A stretch of DNA of 64,000 nucleotides from NCBI RefSeq assembly GCF_006345805.1, contig NC_043008.1, forward strand, positions 19,468,001 to 19,532,000. Direction: 5' to 3'. Below are positions 12,546-26,140 of the stretch, one piece after another; within the stretch, counting starts at the first letter, position 1; each line of letters opens with the position of its first letter. The notes beneath the pieces are model-generated. The model saw nothing but the letters and a program-made list of their open reading frames with translations. It was not told the origin of the DNA and ran no database searches. The stretch comes from Octopus sinensis (Eukaryota). A program made the position numbers and the translations under genes.

Positions 12546-13306
12546 AGATATATGATATACGCTCATACAGTGTTAATAAAATGGATAGCAATTGACTTTG
12601 AAAATATTTCACATTGCTTAAGTTGGTTATTGTCTCTAGAATTAAAAAAAACAAAAGCAAAACAAACAGAACAAAATGAACTTCACCCTTGCCTATTGTT
12701 CCTACACAAAAACATACACGAGAGCTTTGTGTTAAATATAGACTAAAGAGCATCCATCCCGTATAGTCGTTCTCTTTTTTTTCTCTATTTGCCATCTGGA
12801 ATAACTTCAGTTTATTGTCTCTAGAATTAATACATCATAGGATCATAGCTTTATGATACAGATGTTATTAGCCGGAATCGCATTTATATATTCTGAGAAA
12901 TTATAGAACATAATATAGAAAATGAGTAAATGGAAGGTAAGAGACGGAGGGAGAGGGGTTAGTTAAAGGAGTGGGAGAGAGAGAGAGATGAAACAGGGGA
13001 AGAGAAGGGAGGGAGGTGTGGATGGAGGTATGGTAGGGAGAGAGAGGGGCGGGGAATTAAATGGATAAAGAAGATTTTTTTAAAGATATTTTTCACGATT
13101 TTAGCCACTGTTTCCACATTCATAAGGAGTATCCATCATTTCAGGAACATATATATACAAATGCCTACACACACACACACATATATATATATATATTTAT
13201 ATAAATATACGGTAAAATGCATTTACAAGTTCAATTATCCCTCAGATATATTTGAATTCATTCTAAGTTAGTTTACTTTCACAGTTTCACGTAACTTCTC
13301 AAATAT

Positions 13307-13337
<31 letters not shown>

Positions 13338-13345
13338 GTATATAT

Positions 13346-13402
<57 letters not shown>

Positions 13403-13800
13403 GTTATATAGAGGGCATTATTCCACCACATAATGCCTCACACTAAGAGGGACATAAGTCATTACTACCAAAATTCACTAATCATACCCAATGCAGTTTT
13501 TCAAAGCAAGACATTTAAAAAAATGAATTTAGTCCTATATCACCTGTGATTTCGCACTTACCGCATAAAAAATGCGTCTATGCTCATCGGTAGAGACTGA
13601 TTCTGAACACATCATAAATAAACGACCACACTGTCGAAGTCGAACAGGAACTGCTCTCTCCGGCGAAGCACATGGAGATGTTTATAAATCATATATTCGG
13701 TAAATGGCGGGCTTTTTTCGAACTGCATTTCGGATAGGAAAGTATTTTCGGAATAAATTTAACAATTAAGGATAAATTCTTAATAAGGAATCTTAACAAG

Positions 13801-13867
<67 letters not shown>

Positions 13868-13876
13868 TATATATAG

Positions 13877-13918
<42 letters not shown>

Positions 13919-15214
13919 AATATTTCGAACTGATGGGTATATGTTAATTCGTGTGTTGGGTTGGGCTACATGGTGTCATCCGCAGTTAGGGTATATTTCT
14001 GTTGGATCTACTTCAGGTATTCCGCAGTGTTAGTTGAGATAATAATTGATTAAATAACCAGAAGAAGGATTTTATATCAGTCCTTATTTTCTACGATGAT
14101 CGTTCTGAACCGTCCCACTACAGTCCCTTATGATTGGGACTGCGTCTAACATGTTCTGTTGCATCCATTTCGTAATCTGTAGCACATCAGTTACCTCCAT
14201 ACATAAAATAGTGACTCGGTTCATTCTTAATCGTTGCTCCAGATGAAGTATGTGTTGTAAACACTCAGAATAAAAAGGCAAGTTTATATTTCCAATTGGA
14301 AATGAAATTCCATTTAGATAACAAACTTGTCATTGTTTATGACGACACGGGAACACGTTAAATGTAATAATGAATAAGTCGATGTACAGAGAAAAATCAA
14401 TAAAACTCGGAAATGAAATTGCGACTCTCAAACAATATACTTAACGAAAGATAACTGCCTGGAAAATCAATTATATATGCAGCAACTGTCACATGCAACT
14501 TTAACCAAAAACGACATTGATTATACAGTTATAACTGGTAATCAATTTAAGAGTAGGCACTATTAACATAATTATCCATTTCGAACACTACAAAGAAAGA
14601 AAATTGAATACAAACGAAGCAAGACATATTTGGTTCTCGTAAAATATCATTAAATGGTGATTCTTAGCTAAAGTACCAGCGTTTACACAATCGAATGCTT
14701 TCTCTCATCTGTGTACCCCAGAGCATCTATCGTTCTTGGAAAACCAAATCATAATATTCATAAGTTCATAGAATTTATCGGGATATGTCATCATATGCGT
14801 ACGTACAGACTTGAAAACCCGTAATGTTAATATGAAATCCTGATATAACACGTTTTCGTTTCACATTCCTTTTCTCTTCTAAAAGTATTTCCCACTTAGT
14901 TCTTGTAATAACATGAGAATGAACGTACATATACAGAATTATTCTATACCTTCTCTCCTCGCTTTCACTCTGGTTTTCTCTGTGTCTGCCCGGCGGATTT
15001 TCTCACGGTTTTTCTCATTTTTATTATATATCGTCCGCGGCTTATATTAAACCTACTAGATTTTACTTTGGAGTTATGTATTTTTCCCTAGAGTATCAAT
15101 TAAAGTTTTACGGGTATCATTTCGATTTTGGAATACTACGTTAACCAGGACAGACCCTGCATGATTTGCTAATGAGGTGATACCCAGGATTATAATTATA
15201 TATATTAAGTTAGA

Positions 15215-15790
15215 TTCTCGGGAATCTCATACATCGATGTTCCGAGTTTATTGACTCTTGTTGATGAGATGTACCTAAGAGAGGAAACTCTGAACGAACT
15301 AAATAAAGCTTATAATTTTATATATAATTCAGCCTTTTTACCATAAGAGAGAGATTTTATCTCCATGATAATTGCAGTGTATTTGCCTTTAACAGTTGAA
15401 TTATGTAGCAAACATTTCAACTAACCTAAATTGTTATTATACGTAAACACTGCTTTGCGCCATAACTCCGATATTTGTCTCGATCGGGTGATCTACCTGC
15501 ACAAGTCAGTCAATGTGGTTTTCTCTACTGCAATGTATTTGCCTTTAGCTTTTAGAACATGTGACAAACAACTAACCTAAATTGTGATTATACGTAAACA
15601 CTGCTTAGTGCCGTTACTCCGATATTTTTCTCGATCGGGCGATCTTCTAGCGCAAATTAGTCAATGTGTTGGCTGAATTGTATATAAATCTATAGGCTTT
15701 ATTTAGTTCGTTCAGAGTTGCCACTCACAGGTACATCTCATCGATAAGTGTCAATAAACTCGAAACATCGATGTGTGAGATTCCCGAGAG
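15215..15790. mobile_element. Foldback element: about 118-bp inverted arms each with an HHR-like fold (U3-A8), internal ~150-bp tandem units
   Basis: 15215-15335 is the imperfect reverse complement of 15670-15790. Internal units lie at about 15335-15510 and 15530-15670, with a third partial unit at 15825-15925. Confidence 0.75.
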
Positions 15791-16572
15791 AGGGTGACAG
15801 CTGAATGAAATGGGTGTTTTCAAACCTTTTTACCATAAGAGAGATTTTTCTCAAGGTAGCTGCAGTGTATTTGCCTTTAGCAGTTGAAATATGGGAAAAA
15901 CATATTTCATTTCAACTAACTTAAATATATATGTGTGTGCGTATGTGAGTGCATCTTCAAGATTAATGTGCGTGTGTGTCTGTGTGTGTGTTTGGGTTTG
16001 TGTATTATTTGTGACGAGGTATGCAAAATATCGTGAAATATTGAAATATTTTGGTTTCATATTCCAAAAGAAACACAAACATAAGCCAAATTGGAAAGAA
16101 ACAATTTGCTGACAGCAAAATTATATGAAGTATATGGAATTTTTCAATTTAATAAAATCCAAAAGTTTTGGTCACGCGAAATCAAAATAATTTCATAAAT
16201 TTACAAGTTAATCTTAGCGTTTATGAAATTTTTTTCTTTTCAGTATAAAAGTGATGGTGAATGGAATAAAATGTTCAGAGCGATGCATAAACTGCTGAAT
16301 TCCTAGAATAGCGTCAGTAACAAAACAAAAAGTAACACTTATGTCAACATCCGATAACAGCGGATAGGTATCAGGTTCATTTTTGACGTATAGGACAGAA
16401 ATATATATGAAGTTGACAGTATGTATAGATACATAGAGTTATACATATTATATATTAGGATTTATAACTTGTAAATACTAGACGCTCATATTTCACTTGG
16501 GAACTATATATCTGTAATATAATATGTTATACACAGTTAACATATATTCCTTGTTCAACATCATTCATATAT

Positions 16573-16805
16573 ATTTCTTTACTACCCACAAGGGGCTAAA
16601 CACAGAGGGAAAAAACAAGGACAGACATAGGTATTAAGTCGATTACATCGACCCAGGTTCGTAACTGGTACTTAATTTATCGACCCCGAAAGGATGAAAG
16701 GCAAAGTCGACCTCGGCGGAATTTGAACTCACAACGTAACGCAGACAAAATACCGCTAAGCATTTCGCCCGGCGTGCTAACGTTTCTGCCAGCTCGCCGC
16801 CTTAT
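16573..16805 (-). mobile_element. SINE family B, intact, with 14-bp TSD
   Basis: catcattcatatat occurs at 16559-16572 and 16806-16819. The body is the reverse complement of the 12315 copy. Confidence 0.92.
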
Positions 16806-16916
16806 CATCATTCATATATGCATACATACATATGTATGTATATATATATATATAATATATATATATATGTATAAATTCATTACACACACACACATATATA
16901 TAAACATACATACGTA

Positions 16917-16952
<36 letters not shown>

Positions 16953-17060
16953 CGTGATCACCGTGACCGACTAGGCTATCGCTGGGCACAATGCGCTTCG
17001 CATTGTTTTAGCCATCAAGTGACGCCACCCCGCTGGCTAAGCGAGCAGGCCAATATATAT

Positions 17061-17165
<105 letters not shown>

Positions 17166-17254
17166 TGCTTTTCTTCGTATAAATCGATTTATCATCAAAC
17201 TTAACACTGCCAGGTCTCTATGCGTCACTTTCTCATCCGCCTCAGGTAACTTAC

Positions 17255-17284
17255 ACAGTTTCAGAGACACCGGTCCATCTTTCC
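17255..17284 (-). CDS. Candidate 30-nt exon (phase 1-1), unknown gene
   Basis: Strong acceptor tttttccttcgtacag and donor GT|gtaagt; reads (G)KDGPVSLKL. No homology recognised. Confidence 0.25.
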
Positions 17285-18149
17285 CTGTACGAAGGAAAAA
17301 TACATGAGAGACTTTTATATTTACTGACTTGGCTTTCGTAATTTTTACTGTAGAGAAAAGTAAAAAAAAGACGCTAATTCTTATCAGTAATATTATGAAG
17401 TTTACTTAATATAACATAATGTTTATTTACATTTGGGTAATGGGCTTCTTCTTTTAAAGAAATATATTTGATTACATTAAATCTGTTTGAAGTAGCGCTC
17501 AATGTTGATAGTTTTTTTATATTCAGCTGGTCCAAAGTAGAACGGGTATGTTATCTGTCATTAATGGTGCTTTCAGTATAGCTCAGGTGCTGTCGTGAAT
17601 TTATGTCACTACATGCTGATCAGGGTGACCTTGTCACTACTTGTATGTATATAATGTATTTGGATATATGAATTTTTATCTTTCAAAAGAATATACGTGA
17701 TCGTTTTCTGAAGTGTCGTCCAGGAAAGTGCATATAAAAACGCACGTTCACGTATACACTTACATACAGACGTACATAAACACGTGTCCACTCGCGCACA
17801 CATAGGTATACGGGAGTGCATGCACACACAGGCACGCACACACACACACATACACACGTACACACTGACATGCACACACAGGCACAAATATTTATGCATT
17901 TCTATAAGGAATGGATAGCTATATAGCCGAAAGTATTCTGTGTCGGTCATTCACCCAAAAGCAGAAAAGACTGGAAATACTCACTCTCAGACACTTCGAC
18001 GCTGGAATAACAGGCCTGAAAGAAAACGGAAGCAATCTCCACTTATTGATTTCTTGCACATAATAGCAATAGTTTAAGTGAAATTTATGAAATTATATAT
18101 ATAAGGATATATATATATATACTCACATACACACATGTGTGTATATATA

Positions 18150-18548
18150 GGCGCAGGAGTGGCTGTGTGGTAAGTATCTTGCTTACCAACCACATGGTTC
18201 CGGGTTCAGTCCCACTGCATAGCACCTTGGGCAAGTGTCTTCTACTATAGCCTCGGGCCGACCAAAGCCTTGTGAGTAGATTTGGTAGACAGAAACTGAA
18301 AGAAGACCGTCGTATATATGTATATATATATATGCGTGTGTGTTTGTGTGTCAGTGTTTGTCCCCCTAGCATTGCTTGACAACCGATCTGGTGTGTTTAT
18401 CTCTCCGTAACTTAGCGGTTCGGCAAAAGAGACCGATAGAATAAGTACTAGGCTTACAAAGAATAAGTCCCGGGGTCGAGTTGCTCGATTAAAGGTGGTG
18501 CTCCAGCATGGCCGCAGTCAAATGACTGAAACAAGTAAAAGAGTAAGA
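18150..18548 (+). mobile_element. SINE family A, full length
   Basis: ggcgcaggagtggctgtgtggtaag.., internal (TA/TG)n, tail gactgaaacaagtaaaagagtaagag. Confidence 0.93.
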
Positions 18549-19287
18549 GTATATATATATATATAATCCATATCAGACTTATTTTGTTGAACCACATTTT
18601 AATAAATTGCATCAAATAAAATAAATGAGTCAGTTTGGAAGTAAAAATGGATTAAATTTTATTTCGTATTCCATAATCCTATTCAATTGTTTCGAACAAA
18701 AATACCAATATTTCCATAAATAGAACATCATAAATGTCGAATTTCTCCTCTTCAATAAGTGAGATTTAAGTAAAATAAAAATAAACAAAAAGACGTTTGA
18801 AATATACATAAGATTTTTTCAGGTATTTGCATATTCATTCTTCCACTCAGCGTTAGTGAACCTAGACGGAAAACACTGAAGGAGTTGGCTGGTTACATTA
18901 CTAATATTTATATATTTGACTTCCTCAGTATTAAAGCAAATACATTACTATTTTTTAAAAATCACTATAGAAAATACTGGTCGAGATGTATGTCTATGCA
19001 CGTTCATAAATACCAAATAAGGAGCTATATGTTATTTGAAATTTATATTTAAAGATTTGCTATTGGTCAACTTTCATTTCTGCTATCTTTTAAAGTGAAT
19101 AGGATGCTAGTCCTTGGATGTGAGATTGATTACTGTTTTTTCATTTAAGTATTACAGCAAAGTCAACAATCAATAGACAATATAGTTATTATATGTCGTT
19201 TACGTTGTCTAGAGACATCTAGATTAATTTTCAACAAAATAAAAGAATTTTACGAAATGCATACAAACTTGAGTAAAGTTGCTTTAA

Positions 19288-19494
19288 GAGAGACCAACTT
19301 ACGTGATTGCCATAAAATATAATAATGTGGAACTGATCTATATTACGTATAGATCATAACACTATGTTTTGCCATAAACTAAATATATCGAGCAAATAAT
19401 ATAATTTATTTAAAAAAAACGTTTTTTTTTAATCCCTAATATAGATCTATTCCACATCATTACATTTTATGGCAATCACGTAAGTTGTTCCCTT
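19288..19494. mobile_element. TTAA-flanked MITE (Kolobok/T2-like by inference)
   Basis: About 58-bp TIRs (..caacttacgtgattgccataaaat..gtggaa..gatctatatta), with TTAA at 19284-19287 and 19495-19498. Confidence 0.7.
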
Positions 19495-20373
19495 TTAAGA
19501 CATTTCAGTAGTTTGTTGTCTATGATTTTCACGTGTTTTAACATCGAGTGCTATGAGGGAGCCGTCCCCAAAGCACTGAGCCGAAGCATACCGGCCAACA
19601 AACAAAACTCATACATTAAGTATATGTGGTCGATAATGTTTACAAAACTAGTGTTTCTTATGATTCGCAATTGAATTTAACTTTACGTATGGTTCGTTCT
19701 GGCATACCAACAGATAGTTCTTATACTATTTGTATATAGTTATAGACTGGTGATTCCGTTCGCCTCCGGTTCTGTTGAGATACGTAACATTGATGAATCA
19801 CAAAAATTGCGAAAAATCGGTAACTATCACTCCTGAATGGGATTGGTGGCGAGTTGACTCGCTTGTCTAAGACTGTCAGGTGTTTTAACATTCACTGCTA
19901 TGGGGGAGTCGTTGCCTAAGCGCTGTGCTGCAGCTTTTGGCGAAAAAGGAAAGTATATAACACCGAGGGGATGCGGTCGATATTGTTTACAACACCAGTA
20001 GGCTTTTAATTCGTAATTACATATATACATACGTACACACGCAGACACACGTACACACATACATATATACAACACCTAAACTTACAAAAATACTTTTACT
20101 CTTCTCCCACGTACATACATTTAACATACTCAAACTAGCATTTATATACAGAGAAGATTTTTTAAGCCGCGTACGTTTAGTACATTTGGAGGACATTCTT
20201 TACGTTTTGTTATTTCAGACATTTGAAGACGTGCTTCGTGTATTACAGAACAATATAAACATTCTTTATTTTTTCTCTATGTATTTCATCCTAGTCTTTC
20301 GACGGAATATCACGGTTCGGAATGTTAATCTCCCGTGTTCCTTTGTTACAACGTAGAATTAACTATCTCTTAC

Positions 20374-20508
20374 CGTTTTTGTTTTCCTTTCGCCCTGCGT
20401 CTTTGCATGTTTCTATTCCTAATCTCTTTCTGGATGCTTTGGATACAGAACATGCTTCCGGGTCACACTTACATAATAAATTCTGTTCCATTTCTTTCTC
20501 TAAGCAGT
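20374..20508 (-). CDS. Candidate 135-nt Cys-rich exon (phase 1-1), unknown gene
   Basis: aattcag|AC TGC..AAC G|gtaaga; reads CLEKEMEQNLLCKCDPEACSVSKASRKRLGIETCKDAGRKENKN. No homology recognised. Confidence 0.28.
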
Positions 20509-21262
20509 CTGAATTACATTATCGTAAAATTTTGTCTTCTCAATGTCGACTACAGTAGAATTACGTAAACAGAGTTAGTAAACTGTTTTTATTTTACTAC
20601 ATTAATGTCAACATTAACCTATTCTTCATATTTCTCGCAGTAGAAGGGTCTAGGTATTTCCTCTTTAATCATTCTTCCACAGGTGTATCCATAGGCATTT
20701 TGTCCAACTCTTTATCGATTCTCACACTCCAGTATCTAATAAAAACTTGCTGAACAATTTACCAAATACTTTAGAATTCCGAGATTGGCAGACATATTTT
20801 ATAATAACTCGATTTAATATATTAGAACATACAGAGTTGCGTAAAACTTCTGACTAAAAGTAGCCACACTTGGCATTAATGCAGCAATGCAGTTAAGTCT
20901 CCTAAATGTCTGTGAGAAGACAAACATAAACGTATTTCGTACAATCAGATGTATTGTATGAATCTAAGCAAACATTAGTAGTCTTCAATGATCTGTCTTT
21001 TCTATATACTGATATCGGCTGAGTTACAATGCTTAGAGATATAACATACAGATTTAGAAATGTCACAAGAAAATTATCAGAGCCAATAATATATTGCCTT
21101 GCTGACTGGATGCCAAGATATTTGGTGTCACAATTATTTCTTTATAAATACGTATCTATGATCTATATGTGTGTGTGTATGTATGTATATGTGTGTGTGC
21201 ATGTTTGCGTGCGTGTGTGCTTGTTTCTATGTATACATATATGTGTAGATATATATGTATAT

Positions 21263-21303
<41 letters not shown>

Positions 21304-21404
21304 GATATACATATTTACACATGCATACGTATATACATATATCTGTGTGTATATGTATGCATGTATAAAGATATATATATATTTATATATTTATACATAT
21401 ATCT

Positions 21405-21413
21405 ATCTGTCTG

Positions 21414-21468
<55 letters not shown>

Positions 21469-21493
21469 GTCTATCTATCTATCTATCTATCTG

Positions 21494-21528
<35 letters not shown>

Positions 21529-21561
21529 GTCTATCTGTCTATCTATCTATCTATCTATCTG

Positions 21562-21637
<76 letters not shown>

Positions 21638-21638
21638 C
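21405..21638. repeat. (TATC)n microsatellite, followed by family B SINE fragments (21640-22030)
   Basis: Direct reading of the sequence. Confidence 0.9.
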
Positions 21639-23093
21639 CTCACCGAGGTCGACTATGCCTTTCATCCGATCAAATAAGTACTTGACGTGTACTGGGGTCG
21701 ATTGCATCGACACCCGTACTCAACCAGTACTTATTTTATCGACCCCAAATTAGATGAAAAGCGAATTTGTACTCAGAACGCAGCGACGGGCGAAATGCTG
21801 CTAAGCATTTTTTCCCGGCATGCAAACGATTTTTTTTTTACTCTAGGCACACGGCATGAAATTTTTGGAAAGGGGTTAGTCGATTAGATCGAGCCCAGTA
21901 CACAACTGGTAGTTAATTTATCGATCCTGAAAGGATGAAAGGCAACGTCGATCTCGGCAGAATTTGAACTCAGAACGTGAAGACAGAAGAAATAACGCTA
22001 AGCATTTCACCCGGCGTAATACGTTCCTGCCAGCTGGTCGCCTTACTAGTGGCATGTAATGTATTTATAACATTAATAGTGTTATGTACTTAAGAATAAC
22101 ATATTTTTAATTAAAGTTCATTAATGAGGGTTGATAGAGTAAAATGGATGCCTATTTGAGAATCAGTGTTACAAACGTTCCTAAGAATGTGTTTGTCTTC
22201 TAAGGTACTAAATTGTAAGGTGCAGCTGCATACCTTAATTTCGATACATGAGTGCATACACCAGTATATAACAATGAAAGGATTCTCCAAAACAAAAGTC
22301 CGTGTAACAAGATTAGTGATATTTTTGGAAACAGCGCGGCCCAGATATAGTCAAGAATTAGATAAATTCCAAGAAAGCTGAAATTTTTGTTGGCCAGTTC
22401 GCCCTTTATGTGAAGCTTTGTCAGTTTAAAATTTTGAATGTATATAATTGTACAACAACACTTTTCACAATTATTTCATTTATCCTTTTTAGCATCTTAA
22501 TTCCACGAAATTCTAGAGTTGCTTTTGTTACTTGTTTCTACCATAATTACATTTTGATACACTGAATTTTGTATTTACATCCCCTGCATTAAAATTTATT
22601 TTCTCATTATATGAAACATTTTAGTCCTTCATTCAGCGAGCGTCACTTGAAATTTTCGCGGCTATTAGCAGTACGTAACTTGATCGAGATATAATATATT
22701 AGGAAAAGGACTCAAAATGATTATTGTCTCTTGCAAAAGCAAAAGCAATCAAATCTATTCTTTGTATATCATCCATATTTACGTAATTGCTCTCTATAAC
22801 GCACAGCAGGCGCTAAACAAGCTTCAAATGATACTCAGTTCCATCTTACGCAATTCACTTTATATCTCATTATAAAATTTCCGGAGACAAATTCTGATAA
22901 ATTTCATATTGTTAAAGCTGATATATGTTTCGTAGCATCTACTTGTATGCCTGTTTGTCTGTCTGTCTCGTTTTACGTCGTCGATCTCTGAGTAGAAATC
23001 TCTGTAAATGTTTGATCTGTTTCTAAAGAGTTACCATCTCTTTTCACATATGCACATATATGTCTGTGTGTATATATATATAAACACAAACAC

Positions 23094-23128
<35 letters not shown>

Positions 23129-23696
23129 AGCACACACACATATAGGTTTATATATATATATATATACATATATACACAAACACACACACACACATATATA
23201 TGTTTATATATATATATATATATTATATATATATGTATATATATATATACACACTCATCCATGTATATAATGACACACTCACACACACACAGACACACAC
23301 ACATATATATATATGTATATATATATACATATGTACGTTTGTGTGCATATGTGTATACATCACACACTTTTTACTTTAACTTAATACATTTCTGTTGTGA
23401 ATCGAACGACGCAGCAAAATATTGTCATTAATATTGTACTCAGACAAGTAATTCTCCATATAAATCGTTAAGGAGCTGTGACTGTTACCCATTAGATTAT
23501 AGATTGTGGAGTCTTATGTAGTCTTCTTGTATATCATACGTTCTTATAAAATATTTAAGGATTATTGGTTTTCCGTTTATCATGAGATATGTAACTTAAA
23601 CATATTCTAAATGTGAAGTGATACCGGAAACAGAATAAAGTAGTATATGATTGCTTATGTACAGTATGAAATAAATAAACGAAAATATGGCCGCAT

Positions 23697-23900
23697 CTAT
23701 GTATGTATGTGTGTATGTATGTATGTATGTATGTATGTATGTATGTATGTGTATGTATGTATGTATGTATGTATGTATGTATGTATGTATTATGTATGTA
23801 TGTATGTATGTATGTATGTGTGTATGTGTATATGTATGTATGTATGTGTGTATGTATGTATGTATGTATGTATCTATGTATGTATGTATGTATGTATATA
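23697..23900. repeat. (TATG)n microsatellite; similar arrays at 32540-32830, 36753-37345, 51385-51460, 54097-54200
   Basis: Direct reading; these arrays produce the MYVC/HTYI pseudo-ORFs. Confidence 0.95.
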
Positions 23901-24177
23901 TGTAAGTCTCTTCTGTATTTAATCGTATGTACGTATTCACGTCTGTAATTACTTATGTATCTTTGTATCTATAAACCTGTTAATATATAAATACGTATAC
24001 CCCACCCCACCCATATATATATATATACATACATATATAATAAAATATACATATATATATAAACACACACATATATATACACATATGCATCTATACTATA
24101 TATATTTATACACATATATTATAGATATGACTGTATTGTATGTATGTATGTATGTATATATATATATTGTATGTATG

Positions 24178-24212
<35 letters not shown>

Positions 24213-24671
24213 TGCATTTCAGGATAGCCGTTTATTTATTTTTTGCCAAATAAACATACGCACCGTATATTCGTTCTTCACTCGCTTATTACTCTTCAGG
24301 GCAGGAGTACACACGAGGACTGAAATTGTCGCCGAAGCGGTCACAGATTTGTGACAAAAGATTTCCCGATAATGGACATGAGTTAAAATAAGAACAGTAA
24401 AAAAAAAAAAAAGAGTGAGAAGCGTATATATAGTGCTAGACTTTATTTGGCAAAAAAACTAAACAAAACAAAACAAAACAATGACCATCTTGAAATACAA
24501 GAATATCTGTTTCAACACACGGTTTCACACCAGGAAGCTTGCAATACAAATTCATAAACCTATATAAATATATATATATATATTATAAAAATTAATTAAG
24601 GGTAGAAATTGATATTTATCAATTAAGACAGTGGTCTAGCATATTAAAAAAGAATCCGAAGATTAAATATT

Positions 24672-24957
24672 TATATATACCAATTAAGGACTGAACACGA
24701 AAGTGGACAGTCAACATGCTAGATATAGACGTCAAATCGCCATTCACCACAAAAGATTATGTTCTCAGATCAAACTCAACACAACCGTGTGTTTTGTGTT
24801 GAGTTTGATCTGAGAACATAACTTTTGTGGTGAATGGCGATTTGACGTCTATATCTAGCATGTTGACTGTCCACTTTTCGTGTGAATGGCGATTGAGTCT
24901 ATATCTAGCATGTTGACTGTCCACTTTTCGTGTTCAGTCCTTAATTGGTATATATAT
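24672..24957. repeat. Near-perfect palindrome, ~112-bp arms, 9-nt spacer, ~50-bp tandem duplication in right arm
   Basis: 24672-24784 is the reverse complement of 24794-24957 once one of the units 24830-24881 / 24882-24931 is removed. Confidence 0.9.
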
Positions 24958-25087
24958 ATATATTATATATATATATATATATTATTTATATATATATATA
25001 TGTATAAGGGTGAAAAGGAACACACGAGTTGATATATATGAAAAAACAAGTCAATAGAAAATGCCAGAATAATTTTATAAAGAACAT

Positions 25088-25127
25088 TTCAGTACCGGTT
25101 TCGGTCATTTTGAGACCTTTTCAACTG
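25088..25127 (-). ncRNA. Minimal type-I hammerhead fold, U3-A8 variant
   Basis: cag-TTGAAAA-ggtc(tcaaaat)gacc-GAAA-ccgg-TA-ctg: perfect 4-bp stem II, palindromic stem III ACCGGT, GUA triplet and 3-bp stem I. Confidence 0.7.
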
Positions 25128-25753
25128 TAACGATTAAATAATTAAATTTGGAAAAATTAGAAGAAAAGTTTTTATACACATATATATATATACAATATGT
25201 ATTCCTCTATATGATATATAATTATATAACTATACATGTATACACAAACACGCACGCACCTACACACACACACACACACACACACACATTCACATATTGA
25301 ATATTGTTATTTCACGATATCATTGGAAACGATCAATTTGGTTATCACCCCTGGTTTACACATAATCTATTTTGTTGAATGACGTTAAATGGCGGACTAA
25401 AAGGAGAAACGTCAGGTTACTGTTTCTTGAGTTAGTCGTGTATTTTGATATTACGGTTGCCAATACCTTTCTCTTCTATTAGATTTTCTCCACCAGAGGC
25501 TCTGAACTGAACAGTGTATTGAAACGAAACAATTGGTTATTATTCGGTGCCACTACCCTATATACAAAACGAAAAGTCATGTTGTTGTATTCCTTTCTGC
25601 TCACTTTTTTAATTAGCTTTTAGTGTATTCCGGTCAATTAGGAACCACTTGGGTCTATATAAATTTATACTGCTAAATAGAATACATGTGCATATACATG
25701 TGTATTGTTGGTATAGTTGTCGCAACTCAGGTGCGATGTATAAACATCAAATA

Positions 25754-26140
25754 CTAGCAGTATCGCCCGGCGTCGCTTGGGTTTGTTTCGACCCTTTAGA
25801 ATTGGAATTTTTGAAAAGCCAAAATTTTGCATTATGTAGCTTGTTATTCTCTTTAAGTGAACATTTTTCTGGTTGAAATACACAGGAAAATGGTGACACA
25901 GCAGTCAAAAATCGTAAAAAATAGTGATTTTCATAGAAAAAAAGCACCTTTTTGATGTTAATAATTTTTGGTGTTAACATGGTCTGATTTGAATTTTTTC
26001 TTCTACGGAAGGAAGAAAAAGCCTTCTTCTATCATACTCTCAATTTTGGTCAACTTGCGCCGCAGGGTCTTGGAGGAGATAGTGTTAGTTGAAGGCTACT
26101 AAACATGCCATACACAGCCAACTTCAGCTTTATATATAGA
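25754..26140 (-). mobile_element. Non-autonomous Helitron-like element
   Basis: The minus strand starts TC(tatatataaagctgaag) and ends in a GC-rich subterminal segment then CTAG|T. A second copy lies at 59917-60311. Confidence 0.8.

Noticed and set aside
14660-14790. EKAFDCVN on the minus strand as a LINE RT motif
   Set aside because: A single short motif preceded by a stop, with no other RT motifs recognised nearby.
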